Below, piece after piece: positions 37,679-47,015 of a DNA stretch of 64,000 nt; the stretch's first letter is position 1, and each line of letters starts with the position of its first letter. Both the position numbers and the translations under genes were made by a program. Source of the stretch: Steroidobacteraceae bacterium. GTDB taxonomy: Bacteria; Pseudomonadota; Gammaproteobacteria; Steroidobacterales; Steroidobacteraceae. The stretch is taken from assembly GCA_036502265.1 (NCBI GenBank), contig DASXYW010000016.1:4625-68624 (forward strand), given 5' to 3'. The notes under the pieces were generated by a model. That model ran no database searches. It was given only the letters and a program-made list of their open reading frames with translations, and had not been told where the DNA came from.

Positions 37679-40552
37679 ATGCAATCAATCGCAGATAAGG
37701 ATTTCGGTACCCCCAAGAGCCTGTCGACCAAGAAGGTGACCCTTACCATCGACGGCGAGCCGGTCACGGTCCCCGCCGGCACCTCGGTGCTGCGCGCCGC
37801 CGCCGAACTTGGTGTGTCCATCCCCAAGCTGTGCGCGACCGATCTGCTCGACGCCTTCGGGTCGTGCCGCATGTGCCTGGTACAAATTGAGGGCATGAAG
37901 GGTTACCCGGCCTCCTGCACCACCCCGGTGACCGAGGGCATGAAGGTCACCACCCAGAACGACAAGATCGCTACGCTGCGGCGCGGGGTGATGGAGCTGT
38001 ATATCTCGGATCACCCACTGGACTGCCTGACCTGTCCGGCCAACGGCCACTGTGAGCTACAGGACATGGCTGGCGCGGTCGGCTTGCGCGAGGTGCGCTA
38101 CGGCTACAACGGGGCCAATCACCTGGATGCGCCCAAAGACGAGTCCAATCCCTATTTCACCTTCGATCCGAGCAAGTGCATCGTTTGCTCGCGCTGCGTG
38201 CGCGCCTGCGATGAGCAGCAGGGCACGCTGGCGCTGACCATCGAGAACCGCGGTTTCGACTCCAAGGTCGCGGCCAGCCAGGCTGAGTCGTTTTTTGATT
38301 CGGAGTGCGTTTCGTGCGGCGCCTGCGTGCAGGCCTGTCCGACCGCCACTTTGTCCGAGAAGTCACTGATCAAGATCGGACAGGCCGAGCATAGCGTCGT
38401 GACCACCTGCGCCTACTGCGGCGTGGGCTGCTCGTTTCGCGCCGAGATGCGCGGCGAGGAAGTGGTGCGCATGGTGCCCAACAAGGATGGGCACGCCAAC
38501 CACGGACACAGCTGCGTCAAGGGGCGCTTCGCCATCGGTTACACCACACATCCGGACCGCATCACCAAGCCGATGATCCGCGCCAGCATCTCAGATCCGT
38601 GGCGCGAGGTCAGCTGGGAAGAGGCGATCTCACACGCGGCTTCGGAGCTCAACCGCATTCAGGCCAAGTACGGGCGCGACAGCATCGGTGCGATCACCTC
38701 CAGCCGCTGCACCAACGAGGAGACCTACCTGATGCAGAAGCTGGTGCGAGCCGGCTTCGGCAACAACAACGTCGACACCTGCGCGCGCGTGTGTCATTCG
38801 CCGACCGGCTACGGTTTGAAGAACACGATCGGTGAATCGGCCGGCACCCAGGATTTCGATTCGGTGATGCAGGCGGACGTGATCTTCGTGATCGGCGCCA
38901 ATCCGACCGACGGCCATCCGGTGTTCGCCTCGCAGATGAAGCGCCGGCTGCGTCAGGGCGCCAAGCTGATCGTGGCCGACCCGCGCCGTATCGACCTGGT
39001 GCGCACGCCGCACATCCAGGCCGACTACCACCTGCAGCTCAAACCCGGCACCAACGTCGCGCTGCTCAACAGCATGGCGCACGTGATTGTCACCGAGGGC
39101 CTGGTTCACGAGGAGTTCGTGCGCGCGCGCTGCGAGATCGATGCCTACGAGAAGTGGAGCAGTTTCGTGGCCGAGGAGCGCAACTCGCCCGAGGCGACGG
39201 AAGCAGTGACAGGCGTGCCGGCTGCCGACTTGCGCGCCGCCGCGCGCCTCTACGCGACCGGTGGCAACGGCGCGATCTTCTACGGCCTGGGCGTGACCGA
39301 GCACAGCCAGGGTTCGACCGCGGTCATGGGCATCGCCAATCTGGCGATGGCCACCGAGAACATCGGCCGCCCCGGCGTCGGCGTCAACCCGCTGCGCGGC
39401 CAGAACAATGTTCAGGGCTCTTGCGACATGGGCTCGTTCCCGCACGAGTATCCGGGTTACCGCCACGTCGCCGATGAGGACACGCGCAAGCAGTTCGAGG
39501 CCGACTGGAAGGTCAAGCTGCGGGTCGAGCCCGGCCTGCGCATTCCGAACATGTTCGAAGCGGCACTCGACGGCGAGTTCAAGGCGCTGTACATCCAGGG
39601 CGAGGACATCGCGCAATCGGATCCGAATACACAGCACGTGACCGCGGCGCTGTCGGCGATGGAGTGCATCATCGCTCAGGACCTGTTCCTGAACGAGACC
39701 GCGAAGTTTGCCCATATCTTCCTACCGGGCTCGTCCTTCCTGGAGAAGGATGGCACCTTTATCAATGCCGAGCGGCGCATCTCGATGGTGCGCAAGGTGA
39801 TGCGCTCGAAGTCGGGGTATGCGGACTGGGAGATCACTCAGCTGCTGGCCCGCAAGATGGGCATGGACATGAACTACAGCCATCCGTCCGAAATCATGGA
39901 CGAGATCGCGCGCCTGACGCCCACCTTCACCGGCGTCAGCTACAACAAGATCAACCGGCTGGGCAGCATCCAGTGGCCGTGCAACGACGAGCATCCGGAA
40001 GGCACACCGACCATGCACGTGGGTACCTTCGTACGCGGCCTGGGCCGCTTCCTGGTTACCGAGTTCGTCCCGACGCGCGAGAAGGTCAACGCCAAGTATC
40101 CGTTCATTCTTACCACCGGCCGTATCCTGACGCAGTACAACGTCGGCGCGCAGACCCGCCGCACCGAGAATTCCGCCTGGCACGATGAGGATCGGGTCGA
40201 GATCCATCCGAGCGATGCCGAGACACTGGGCGTTGGCAACGAGGATTGGGTCGGCATCCAGAGCCGCGCCGGCGAAACCGTGCTGCGTGCCAAGATCACC
40301 GATCGGGTGCAGCCCGGTGTGATCTACACCACGTTCCATTTCCCGGAGTCGGGCGCCAACGTCATCACGACCGAGAACTCGGACTGGGCGACCAACTGCC
40401 CCGAGTACAAGGTGACCGCGGTGCAGGTGATGCGCGTGAACCAACCGTCAGAGTGGCAGCGGCGCTTCCACGAGTTCGACCGTCAACAACAGGCGCTGCT
40501 CAATGAGGCGACGCATCCGAAGCAGCCGGCCAAGGCGACCGCTCCCGGCTGA
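37679..40552 (+). CDS. fdsA: NAD-dependent formate dehydrogenase alpha subunit (molybdopterin, multiple Fe-S)
   Basis: 957 aa. It has an N-terminal 2Fe-2S/4Fe-4S NuoG-like region (CRMCLVQIEG, CIVCSRCVRAC, CVSCGACVQACP), an MopB domain (TTCAYCGVGC...CARVCHSPT) and a C-terminal molybdopterin-dinucleotide-binding domain. Confidence 0.9.
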   Translation: MQSIADKDFGTPKSLSTKKVTLTIDGEPVTVPAGTSVLRAAAELGVSIPKLCATDLLDAFGSCRMCLVQIEGMKGYPASCTTPVTEGMKVTTQNDKIATLRRGVMELYISDHPLDCLTCPANGHCELQDMAGAVGLREVRYGYNGANHLDAPKDESNPYFTFDPSKCIVCSRCVRACDEQQGTLALTIENRGFDSKVAASQAESFFDSECVSCGACVQACPTATLSEKSLIKIGQAEHSVVTTCAYCGVGCSFRAEMRGEEVVRMVPNKDGHANHGHSCVKGRFAIGYTTHPDRITKPMIRASISDPWREVSWEEAISHAASELNRIQAKYGRDSIGAITSSRCTNEETYLMQKLVRAGFGNNNVDTCARVCHSPTGYGLKNTIGESAGTQDFDSVMQADVIFVIGANPTDGHPVFASQMKRRLRQGAKLIVADPRRIDLVRTPHIQADYHLQLKPGTNVALLNSMAHVIVTEGLVHEEFVRARCEIDAYEKWSSFVAEERNSPEATEAVTGVPAADLRAAARLYATGGNGAIFYGLGVTEHSQGSTAVMGIANLAMATENIGRPGVGVNPLRGQNNVQGSCDMGSFPHEYPGYRHVADEDTRKQFEADWKVKLRVEPGLRIPNMFEAALDGEFKALYIQGEDIAQSDPNTQHVTAALSAMECIIAQDLFLNETAKFAHIFLPGSSFLEKDGTFINAERRISMVRKVMRSKSGYADWEITQLLARKMGMDMNYSHPSEIMDEIARLTPTFTGVSYNKINRLGSIQWPCNDEHPEGTPTMHVGTFVRGLGRFLVTEFVPTREKVNAKYPFILTTGRILTQYNVGAQTRRTENSAWHDEDRVEIHPSDAETLGVGNEDWVGIQSRAGETVLRAKITDRVQPGVIYTTFHFPESGANVITTENSDWATNCPEYKVTAVQVMRVNQPSEWQRRFHEFDRQQQALLNEATHPKQPAKATAPG

Positions 40553-40770
40553 TGAGCATCGAGCACCTGGTGGATATGGCCAACGACATTGGCCATTTTT
40601 TTGCGTCCGAATCAAAACGAGCTGATGCGGTGGCCGGTATCGCCAACCACATCCAGCGCTTCTGGGATCCGCGCATGCTGCGCAATATCATGATCCACCT
40701 GAAGAATGGCGGTGAGGGTCTGGAAGAGTTGCCGCGCGAGGCGCTCGCGAGCCTGCGGGCCGAAGCCTAG
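40552..40770 (+). CDS. fdsD: Formate dehydrogenase delta subunit
   Basis: 72 aa (LVDMANDIGHFF...HIQRFWDPRM), typical of FdsD. Its start overlaps the fdsA stop (TGATG). Confidence 0.8.
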   Translation: MSIEHLVDMANDIGHFFASESKRADAVAGIANHIQRFWDPRMLRNIMIHLKNGGEGLEELPREALASLRAEA

Positions 40771-40776
40771 CTCGGT

Positions 40777-41166
40777 TTAGCCTCGGACCAGCTGATGCAG
40801 CACGCCGATCAGGTCGATGGCCAGCAGCCCGAGAATCGGCAACATGCTGAGTGCGAACCCGAGGCTGCGGCCCGACGGCGCGGCCACGTAGGCGCGCAGG
40901 TACACGAAGCGGCCAACCAGATAGATCGCTCCCAGTAGCGCGCCCCAGTAGCCGGCGACGAATACGGTGGCGATCCACAGTGCCGGCAGCAGCAGCACCA
41001 GCAGTTCCAGCGTATTCATCTGCACGCGATAGTAGCGCTCGAAGGTTTCGTTTCCCGAGACTGCCGGTGCGCGGATCCCCAGTCGCTCACGGCTGCGGCC
41101 GACCAGAACGCCAAAGTAGACGAATTGCAGCAGTGCGAGCACCGTGATGAGTTCCGGCAGCAGCAT
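40777..41166 (-). CDS. MAPEG-family membrane protein (membrane glutathione S-transferase-like)
   Basis: Start ATG 41166 (MLLPELITVLALLQFVYFG...). 129 aa with 4 TM segments. An RVQMNTLE motif is present. Confidence 0.7.
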   Translation of the reverse strand: MLLPELITVLALLQFVYFGVLVGRSRERLGIRAPAVSGNETFERYYRVQMNTLELLVLLLPALWIATVFVAGYWGALLGAIYLVGRFVYLRAYVAAPSGRSLGFALSMLPILGLLAIDLIGVLHQLVRG

Positions 41167-41212
41167 CAGGTCACCTGTCGAGCACCAGCGGGGGGATTGC
41201 CCCGTGGCTATT

Positions 41213-42364
41213 CTATGACTGGGCGCTTTCCACAAGCAGCCGTTCGGAGTTGTCCGGCGTACGAAACACCAGCGGATGCTCCACCGCCGGTCGCGATCCT
41301 TGTGCGGCATTGACGATCTCCAGCACGCGGCCATGCTGCGGCGACTTGTCGCACACCGGGTCGGTGGCGCCGACATCGCCGGTAAGCAGGAACGCCTGGC
41401 AACGGCAACCTCCCAGATCCTTGGCCTTCTCCGGGCAGCTGCGGCACGGTTCGGGCATCCAGGCATCCCCGCGGAAGCGGTTGAAGGCGGGTGCATCGAG
41501 CCAGATATCCTTGAGGCTGGAGGTGCGCGCCGAGGGTAGCGTCATGCCGGGCAGCATGCGCGCCGCGTGGCACGGCATTACCAGGCCGTCCGGCGCTACC
41601 ACCATAAACGTGGTACCCCAGCCATTCATGCAGCGCTTGGGCCGATTTTCGTACAGATCCGAGATCACGTGCAGGATGCGCAGATGATTACCGATGCGCG
41701 CTCGGTACTCGGCCACCACGGCCTCCGAGCGCTGCAGCTGCTCGCGCGTCGGCAGCAGCTGCGTGCGATTTAGATCCGCCCAGCCATAGAACTGGGTGTT
41801 GGCCAGCTCGAGGAACTCGGCGCCGATCTCCAGCGCCAGATCGATGATGCGGTCGACATGGTCGATGTTGAGCCGATGGATGACGCAGTTCATCACCATC
41901 GGGAAACCGTGGGACTTGATCAGCGTAGCGACGCGGCGCTTGAGCTTGAAGGTGCGGGTGCTGGACAGGAAGTCGTTGAGCTCGCGGGTGGAGTCCTGGA
42001 ACGATAGCTGCACGTGGTCCAGACCGGCGAGTTTCAGATCGCGCATGCGGGTCTCGTTCAGCCCCACGCCCGAGGTGATCAGATTGGTGTAAAAACCGAG
42101 CCGGTGCGCTTCGGCCACCAGCTGCTCCAGATCGGGACGGCTGAGTGGCTCGCCACCGGTGAATCCAAGCTGCACCGCGCCCAGAGCGCGCGCCTCGGCT
42201 AGGACCCGAAACCATTCCTGCGTCGTGAGCTCGCTCTTGATGTTGGCGAAGTCGACCGGATTGGAGCAGAACGCGCAGTGCAGCGGACAGCGATAGGTCA
42301 GCTCGGCCACCATCCACAGCGGCACGCCCGGCGTAGCGGCGATGCTCTCGGGAACCGCGCTCAT
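41213..42364 (-). CDS. pqqE: PQQ biosynthesis radical-SAM protein PqqE
   Basis: Start ATG 42364 overlaps the pqqD stop (ATGA). CxxxCxxC motif (YRCPLHCAFCSN) and a SPASM C-terminus (CRSCPEKAKDLGGCRCQAF) are present. Confidence 0.9.
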   Translation of the reverse strand: MSAVPESIAATPGVPLWMVAELTYRCPLHCAFCSNPVDFANIKSELTTQEWFRVLAEARALGAVQLGFTGGEPLSRPDLEQLVAEAHRLGFYTNLITSGVGLNETRMRDLKLAGLDHVQLSFQDSTRELNDFLSSTRTFKLKRRVATLIKSHGFPMVMNCVIHRLNIDHVDRIIDLALEIGAEFLELANTQFYGWADLNRTQLLPTREQLQRSEAVVAEYRARIGNHLRILHVISDLYENRPKRCMNGWGTTFMVVAPDGLVMPCHAARMLPGMTLPSARTSSLKDIWLDAPAFNRFRGDAWMPEPCRSCPEKAKDLGGCRCQAFLLTGDVGATDPVCDKSPQHGRVLEIVNAAQGSRPAVEHPLVFRTPDNSERLLVESAQS

Positions 42365-42660
42365 GGCTGCCCGCTGTCGCGCCACATGACCCAGCCATCC
42401 TGCGTGGCCGTCTGAAGGAACGCCACCACATCGGCATCGATCTCCTCGGACTGAAACGCCTTTTTCAAATCGGCGATGATGTCGGCGGCCGAACGCTGGC
42501 CGTCGCAGCGGCGCAGGATCTCCCCTGCCGCGCCGTTGAGCTGCACCATTCCTTCCGGAAACAGCAGCACATAACCGTTCTGTGCCGCCTCCCACTGGAA
42601 GCGATACAGCGGCGCGATGCGCGGGAAGGCGGCGCGGGAAACGGGTGCCGGATCAGCCAT
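42361..42660 (-). CDS. pqqD: PQQ biosynthesis peptide chaperone PqqD
   Basis: Sequence [36 protein letters not shown] is typical of PqqD. The start is assumed at ATG 42660 (MADPAP...). Earlier in-frame ATGs exist at 42672 and 42690. Confidence 0.8.
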   Translation of the reverse strand: MADPAPVSRAAFPRIAPLYRFQWEAAQNGYVLLFPEGMVQLNGAAGEILRRCDGQRSAADIIADLKKAFQSEEIDADVVAFLQTATQDGWVMWRDSGQP

Positions 42661-43399
42661 CGTTGAGTCCATAGCGCAGCTGGATCGCATCCAGCATCGA
42701 CCACAGGATGTCGAGCTTCAGCTGCAGAATATCAAGGGCGCGCTGCTGTGCCGGGCGCGTCAGGAAATACTCGAGCGTCACCTTGAGACCATGTTCGACG
42801 TCGCGCGTGGCCAGCGGCAGCCGCGAGCGAAAGTAATGCAGCCCGGCCGAATCGATCCACGGGTAATGCTCCGGCCAGGTGGCCAGGCGCTGGCGGTGGA
42901 TCTGCGGGGCAAACAGCTCGGTGAGCGATGCGCACACGGCTTCCTGCCAAGGTTGCTGGCGGGCGAAATTGACGTACTCGTCGACCGCGAAGCGTACCCC
43001 CGGGACCACATGCTGCTGCGTCCAGAGCTCTTCGGTCGACAGCCCCACCGCCTGCCCGAGCCGCAGCCAGGCCTCGATGCCGCCGGCGTCCTCGCCGTAG
43101 CCGTCGTGATCCAGAATTCGCTGCACCCACAGGCGGCGCTGCTCGCGATCCGGGCAGTTGGCCAGGATCGCCGCGTCCTTGCGCGGGATATTCACCTGGT
43201 AATAGAACCGATTGGCGACCCAGCCGCGGATCTGATCGCGGCTGGCACGCCCGGTATTGAGCATGACGTTGAACGCATGATGGATGTGATAGGCCTTGCC
43301 CTTGGCGCGCAGCTCGCGCTCGAAGTCGCCCGGCGACCAGGGCACCGGCGTGTCGCCGGCCGCGGTCGAGGTGCGCTCGGTTCGTGCCGTTTCGCTCAC
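42653..43399 (-). CDS. pqqC: Pyrroloquinoline-quinone synthase PqqC
   Basis: 248 aa ([28 protein letters not shown]...), collinear with PqqC. It has a 4-nt overlap with pqqB. Confidence 0.9.
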   Translation of the reverse strand: MSETARTERTSTAAGDTPVPWSPGDFERELRAKGKAYHIHHAFNVMLNTGRASRDQIRGWVANRFYYQVNIPRKDAAILANCPDREQRRLWVQRILDHDGYGEDAGGIEAWLRLGQAVGLSTEELWTQQHVVPGVRFAVDEYVNFARQQPWQEAVCASLTELFAPQIHRQRLATWPEHYPWIDSAGLHYFRSRLPLATRDVEHGLKVTLEYFLTRPAQQRALDILQLKLDILWSMLDAIQLRYGLNDG

Positions 43400-44313
43400 A
43401 GCGTGATCTCCAGGCCGTCGTGCGCGACCTCGATCCCGGCGGCGTCGAGCTGCGCGCGCTGCGCGCCGGCTTCGTCCAGGATCGGATTGGTGTTGTTGAT
43501 GTGAATCAGGATGCGCCGCGTCCTCTTCGGCAGGCGCGCGAGCTGCTCGATCATGCCGTCCGGGCCGCTCTGCGGCAGGTGACCCAGATCGGAGGCGCGC
43601 TTGTGCGATACGCCGGCTCGAATCATCTCGTCGTCACTCCAGAACGTGCCATCCACCAGCACGCAATCGCTGGATTGAAACACCTGCGCGACGGTGGCGG
43701 GAACGGCCGCCAGGCCCGGCGAATAGAACAATTGCCGGCCGCTGGCTTGATCCTTGAAGATCAGTCCCACGTTGTCGCCAACGCGCGGCTTGTCGCGGTA
43801 GGCCGAATACGGTCCGGGCTTGCCTGCCACCGGCAGGGCGGTGAGCTGCACTCCCGGCAACGCCGGGAGCTCGAAGCTGCTGCCGTCCACCGGCACGCGG
43901 TGCCAGTGCACGCCACAGAAATATTCCAGAACCTTCAGGATCGGCAGTCCCGTGCTTAAGTCTTCACGCACCGGATCGGTGGTCCACAGTTCGAGCGGTG
44001 CGCCATGCTCGCGCAGCAACAGCAGGCCGGTCGAATGATCGATTTGTCCATCCACCAGAAGCACCGCGGCGATGCCGCTACCCCGTACGCCCTGGTGGGG
44101 CTGCAGGCCGGAATTGTGCGCAATCTGCTGGTGGATATCGGGCGATGCATTGCAGATCACCCACTGGCGGCCGTCGACCGAGACGGCTATCGAGGACTGG
44201 GTGCGGCGGCGCGCCTTGAGGGTACCGGCGCGCAACCCGCTGCAATTTCCACAGTTGCAGTTCCACTGTGGAAAGCCCCCGCCGGCGGCCGAACCCAATA
44301 CTCGTACCAGCAC
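43396..44313 (-). CDS. pqqB: PQQ biosynthesis protein PqqB (MBL fold)
   Basis: 305 aa. The N-terminus [21 protein letters not shown] is characteristic of PqqB. Confidence 0.9.
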   Translation of the reverse strand: MLVRVLGSAAGGGFPQWNCNCGNCSGLRAGTLKARRRTQSSIAVSVDGRQWVICNASPDIHQQIAHNSGLQPHQGVRGSGIAAVLLVDGQIDHSTGLLLLREHGAPLELWTTDPVREDLSTGLPILKVLEYFCGVHWHRVPVDGSSFELPALPGVQLTALPVAGKPGPYSAYRDKPRVGDNVGLIFKDQASGRQLFYSPGLAAVPATVAQVFQSSDCVLVDGTFWSDDEMIRAGVSHKRASDLGHLPQSGPDGMIEQLARLPKRTRRILIHINNTNPILDEAGAQRAQLDAAGIEVAHDGLEITL

Positions 44314-44341
44314 GGACAGCAGCCGCTCTGCTGTATGGAGA

Positions 44342-44364
44342 CCGCCCCGGGGTTACCGGGGCGG
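44342..44364 (-). promoter_or_regulatory. GC-rich hairpin between pqqA and pqqB (processing/attenuation element)
   Basis: CCGCCCCGG (44342-50) pairs with CCGGGGCGG (44356-64), giving a 9-bp stem with a 5-nt loop. It lies between the pqqA stop (44372) and the pqqB start (44313). Confidence 0.4.
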
Positions 44365-44371
44365 AACCCGA

Positions 44372-44446
44372 TCAACGATTGGCGACGTAGGAGTTGATTT
44401 CCATTCCGAAACGCAACACTTTGGCCGCTGGAGTTACCCACTTCAT
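44372..44446 (-). CDS. pqqA: PQQ precursor peptide PqqA (24 aa)
   Basis: Not in the ORF track because it is too short. Hand translation gives ATG AAG TGG GTA ACT CCA GCG GCC AAA GTG TTG CGT TTC GGA ATG GAA ATC AAC TCC TAC GTC GCC AAT CGT TGA, which reads MKWVTPAAKVLRFGMEINSYVANR. The conserved E-x3-Y cross-link pair is present. An AAGGA RBS lies 8 nt upstream. The gene sits directly upstream of pqqB. Confidence 0.85.
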   Translation of the reverse strand: MKWVTPAAKVLRFGMEINSYVANR

Positions 44447-44669
44447 ATGCAAGTTCCTTTGGTTGATCCGTCGACACGCACCGGCGAACCGATGCGGGCT
44501 AAATTGTGGCTCCGATGGGCGCCCCGACCCCCCGATGGATCCTTGATTCGGGCCTCATGATTTTCATGAATCGGGGGCCGTAGCGGGGCCCTGCGGCCCG
44601 CGGCCCGGCCGAGCGCCGCCGTGGAGATAGTGCGGTAGCATCGGCAGCGATGCGGCACCGAGCGGCAGC

Positions 44670-46019
44670 GTGAGTCTGCGGTTACAGATCAACCTGATCA
44701 TTGCAGCGTTGATGAGTCTGTTCATCGGCAGCATGGTCTATGAGGAGATCAAGGACACCGGCAGCAGCGTGCGCGAGGAGATCGAGGGCTCCAATCAGGT
44801 CGCCACGCAGTTTCTGACCCGGGTGTCATTCGTCTATCAGATGTCCGGTCTGCAGGGCATGATGAGTTTTCTGGACCAGCTCGGCCGGATCCGCGCCAAC
44901 GACGTGTACCTTTACAGCCCGACCGGTGAGCTGGTGTATACCTCGCCGCCGTCGACCTATAAGAGCGGTCGCGACGCCCCGCACTGGTTCGCGCGCCTGG
45001 TGTCACCGCCGCCGACGCAGCAGGAGATCAGCATCGGCGATGGGCACCTGGTACTGCGAGCCAACTCCTCGCGCGCGGTACTGGATGGCTGGGACGATCT
45101 GTCGCGCCTGCTGTGGTACGGGCTGGGCGCGCTGATCCTGATCAATGTGGTGGTGTTCTGGGTCGCCGGGCGCGTGCTCAAACCGCTGCAGATCGTGGTG
45201 CGCGGACTGCAGCGTATGGAGCAGGGCGACTACGATGCGCGCCTGCCGCTGCTCAGCGGCAAGGAAGGGCGGCTGATGAGCCAGGCATTCAACCGCACGG
45301 CCCAGGCCGTGGCGGACAGCGCCGCGGCGCAGAAACTGGCGAGCGAGGCCCGGCAACGGCTGCAGGAAAATCGCGAATTGAACCAGATGATCCAATCGCA
45401 CATCGAGGAGGAACGGCGCAGCATCGCGCGCGAACTGCACGATGAGCTCGGGCAATCCATCACCGCTGTCAAGAGCATCGGCCTGTCGATCGCCCAACGC
45501 ACCGAGGGGGTCGATGCAGGAATCAACGAGGCCGCGCGCCTGATCGTCGACACCGCCGGCCGCATGTACGATGCGGTGCATGAAATGATTCCGCGGCTGC
45601 GGCCGTTCGCACTCGACAGCTTCGGATTGCGTGATGCGCTGGCCGATATGGCCGGGGCCTGGCGCGCACGCCATCCGGAGCTCGAGCTCAGGCTCAGCGT
45701 GGCCGATCCGCTGCCGCCGCTCAGCGACACCGTCACCACCTGCGCCTACCGGATCGTGCAGGAGGCGCTGACCAACGCGCTGCGCCATGCCTCGGCGCGC
45801 CGCATCGTGATCTGGGTGGGCCCGGAGGGCCAGGAACTGCTGGTGCGTGTGGAGGATGATGGCATCGGTCTGTCACCGGGCTGGGATGAGAGCGGCCATC
45901 ATGGCGTGCGCGGCATGCGCGAGCGCGCGCTGGTGTTGGGCGGCAGCTTCGCGGTCGGCGCCGCGCCGCAGGGGGGCACGCACGTGACGGTGCGCTTGCC
46001 GCTGAGCGAGCATCCATGA
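44670..46019 (+). CDS. Sensor histidine kinase (periplasmic domain, HAMP, HisKA_3, HATPase_c; NarX/UhpB class)
   Basis: Two TM segments flank a roughly 130-aa periplasmic domain. The HisKA_3 H-box is IARELHDELGQSITA. An HATPase region is present (EDDGIGL...GVRGMRERA). Confidence 0.8.
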   Translation: MSLRLQINLIIAALMSLFIGSMVYEEIKDTGSSVREEIEGSNQVATQFLTRVSFVYQMSGLQGMMSFLDQLGRIRANDVYLYSPTGELVYTSPPSTYKSGRDAPHWFARLVSPPPTQQEISIGDGHLVLRANSSRAVLDGWDDLSRLLWYGLGALILINVVVFWVAGRVLKPLQIVVRGLQRMEQGDYDARLPLLSGKEGRLMSQAFNRTAQAVADSAAAQKLASEARQRLQENRELNQMIQSHIEEERRSIARELHDELGQSITAVKSIGLSIAQRTEGVDAGINEAARLIVDTAGRMYDAVHEMIPRLRPFALDSFGLRDALADMAGAWRARHPELELRLSVADPLPPLSDTVTTCAYRIVQEALTNALRHASARRIVIWVGPEGQELLVRVEDDGIGLSPGWDESGHHGVRGMRERALVLGGSFAVGAAPQGGTHVTVRLPLSEHP

Positions 46020-46654
46020 AAACAACCACCGTCATGCTGGTGGATGATCATGCGGTGGTACGCATGGGATTCCGGCTGCTGCTGCAGGCCGCCGAGGACC
46101 TGCAGGTGGTGGCGGAGGCCGACAGCGGCGAAGCGGCGTGCAGCAAATACCTTGAGACCCGTCCCGACGTGGTGGTGATGGATCTGGCAATGGCCGGCAT
46201 CGGCGGCATCGAGGCCGTCAAACGTATCGTCGCACGCGATAGGGATGCCCGGATTCTGGCGCTGTCCGCGCACGCCGATGCCAGTCACCCGAAGCGCGTG
46301 CTGCAGGCCGGCGCCCTCGGCTATCTGTCCAAGCGCAGCGCCCCGGAGACGCTGATCGAGGCGATTCGCACCGTGGCGGCCCGACGGCGCTACATCGATG
46401 CCTCGATCGCGCAGCTCATCGCGGTGCAGGATGTCGCCGGCGATCACAATCCGACCGAGCAGCTGTCACCGCGCGAGTTTGAAGTGTTCATCCTGCTGGC
46501 GCAGGGCGTGTCGGTGAATCAGATCGCCGAGACACTGCACCTGAGCCCAAGCACGGTGGGAACACATCTCTATAACATCAAGCAGAAACTGGCGGCGTCC
46601 AACCAGGCAGAGTTGACGCTGATTGCCGTGCGCCACGGCCTCATCGAGACCTGA
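46016..46654 (+). CDS. Response regulator, NarL/LuxR family
   Basis: REC domain (VMLVDDHAVVR...VVVMDLAMAG) plus a LuxR HTH (LSPREFEVFILLAQGVSVNQIAETLHLSPSTVGTHLYNIKQKL). It has an ATGA overlap with the kinase gene. Confidence 0.85.
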   Translation: MKTTTVMLVDDHAVVRMGFRLLLQAAEDLQVVAEADSGEAACSKYLETRPDVVVMDLAMAGIGGIEAVKRIVARDRDARILALSAHADASHPKRVLQAGALGYLSKRSAPETLIEAIRTVAARRRYIDASIAQLIAVQDVAGDHNPTEQLSPREFEVFILLAQGVSVNQIAETLHLSPSTVGTHLYNIKQKLAASNQAELTLIAVRHGLIET

Positions 46655-47015
46655 GGCCGTTTCACCGTGGATGACTTCACTGAGCCACAGACTCTCGGAC
46701 CGCTTCGGTCGTGATGCAAAAGAGCAACACAGGCGGAGTCGTCCCGAAGGGATAGCGGTACCTTTTGCCGGTTGATAGAGCGAATGACGGCGATGGCACA
46801 CGGCCGTACGCCACCATTTCCAAAAAAGGGCGCATACTGTATATCTGCCAGCTCTTGAAGCGGGGGAATGCGCCCGGACTTGCCCGAATAAGCCTGTGCT
46901 CGGCAAATCAACCGGGTTCTATCAATTCGTCGTAGATAACTCAAAAGCAAAATTCGCAACGTCGGCGTCATGGCGTCCGGGGCGATGTTTTTGCCACTTT
47001 TAGGGGGAAGACGAT

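Noticed and set aside
46794-46810. A TGGCAC hexamer in the MFS leader as a sigma-54 promoter. A similar CTGGCAC lies at about 33706 upstream of fghA.
   Set aside because: The -12 element is absent: there is no GC at the required 10-nt spacing and no TTGC.
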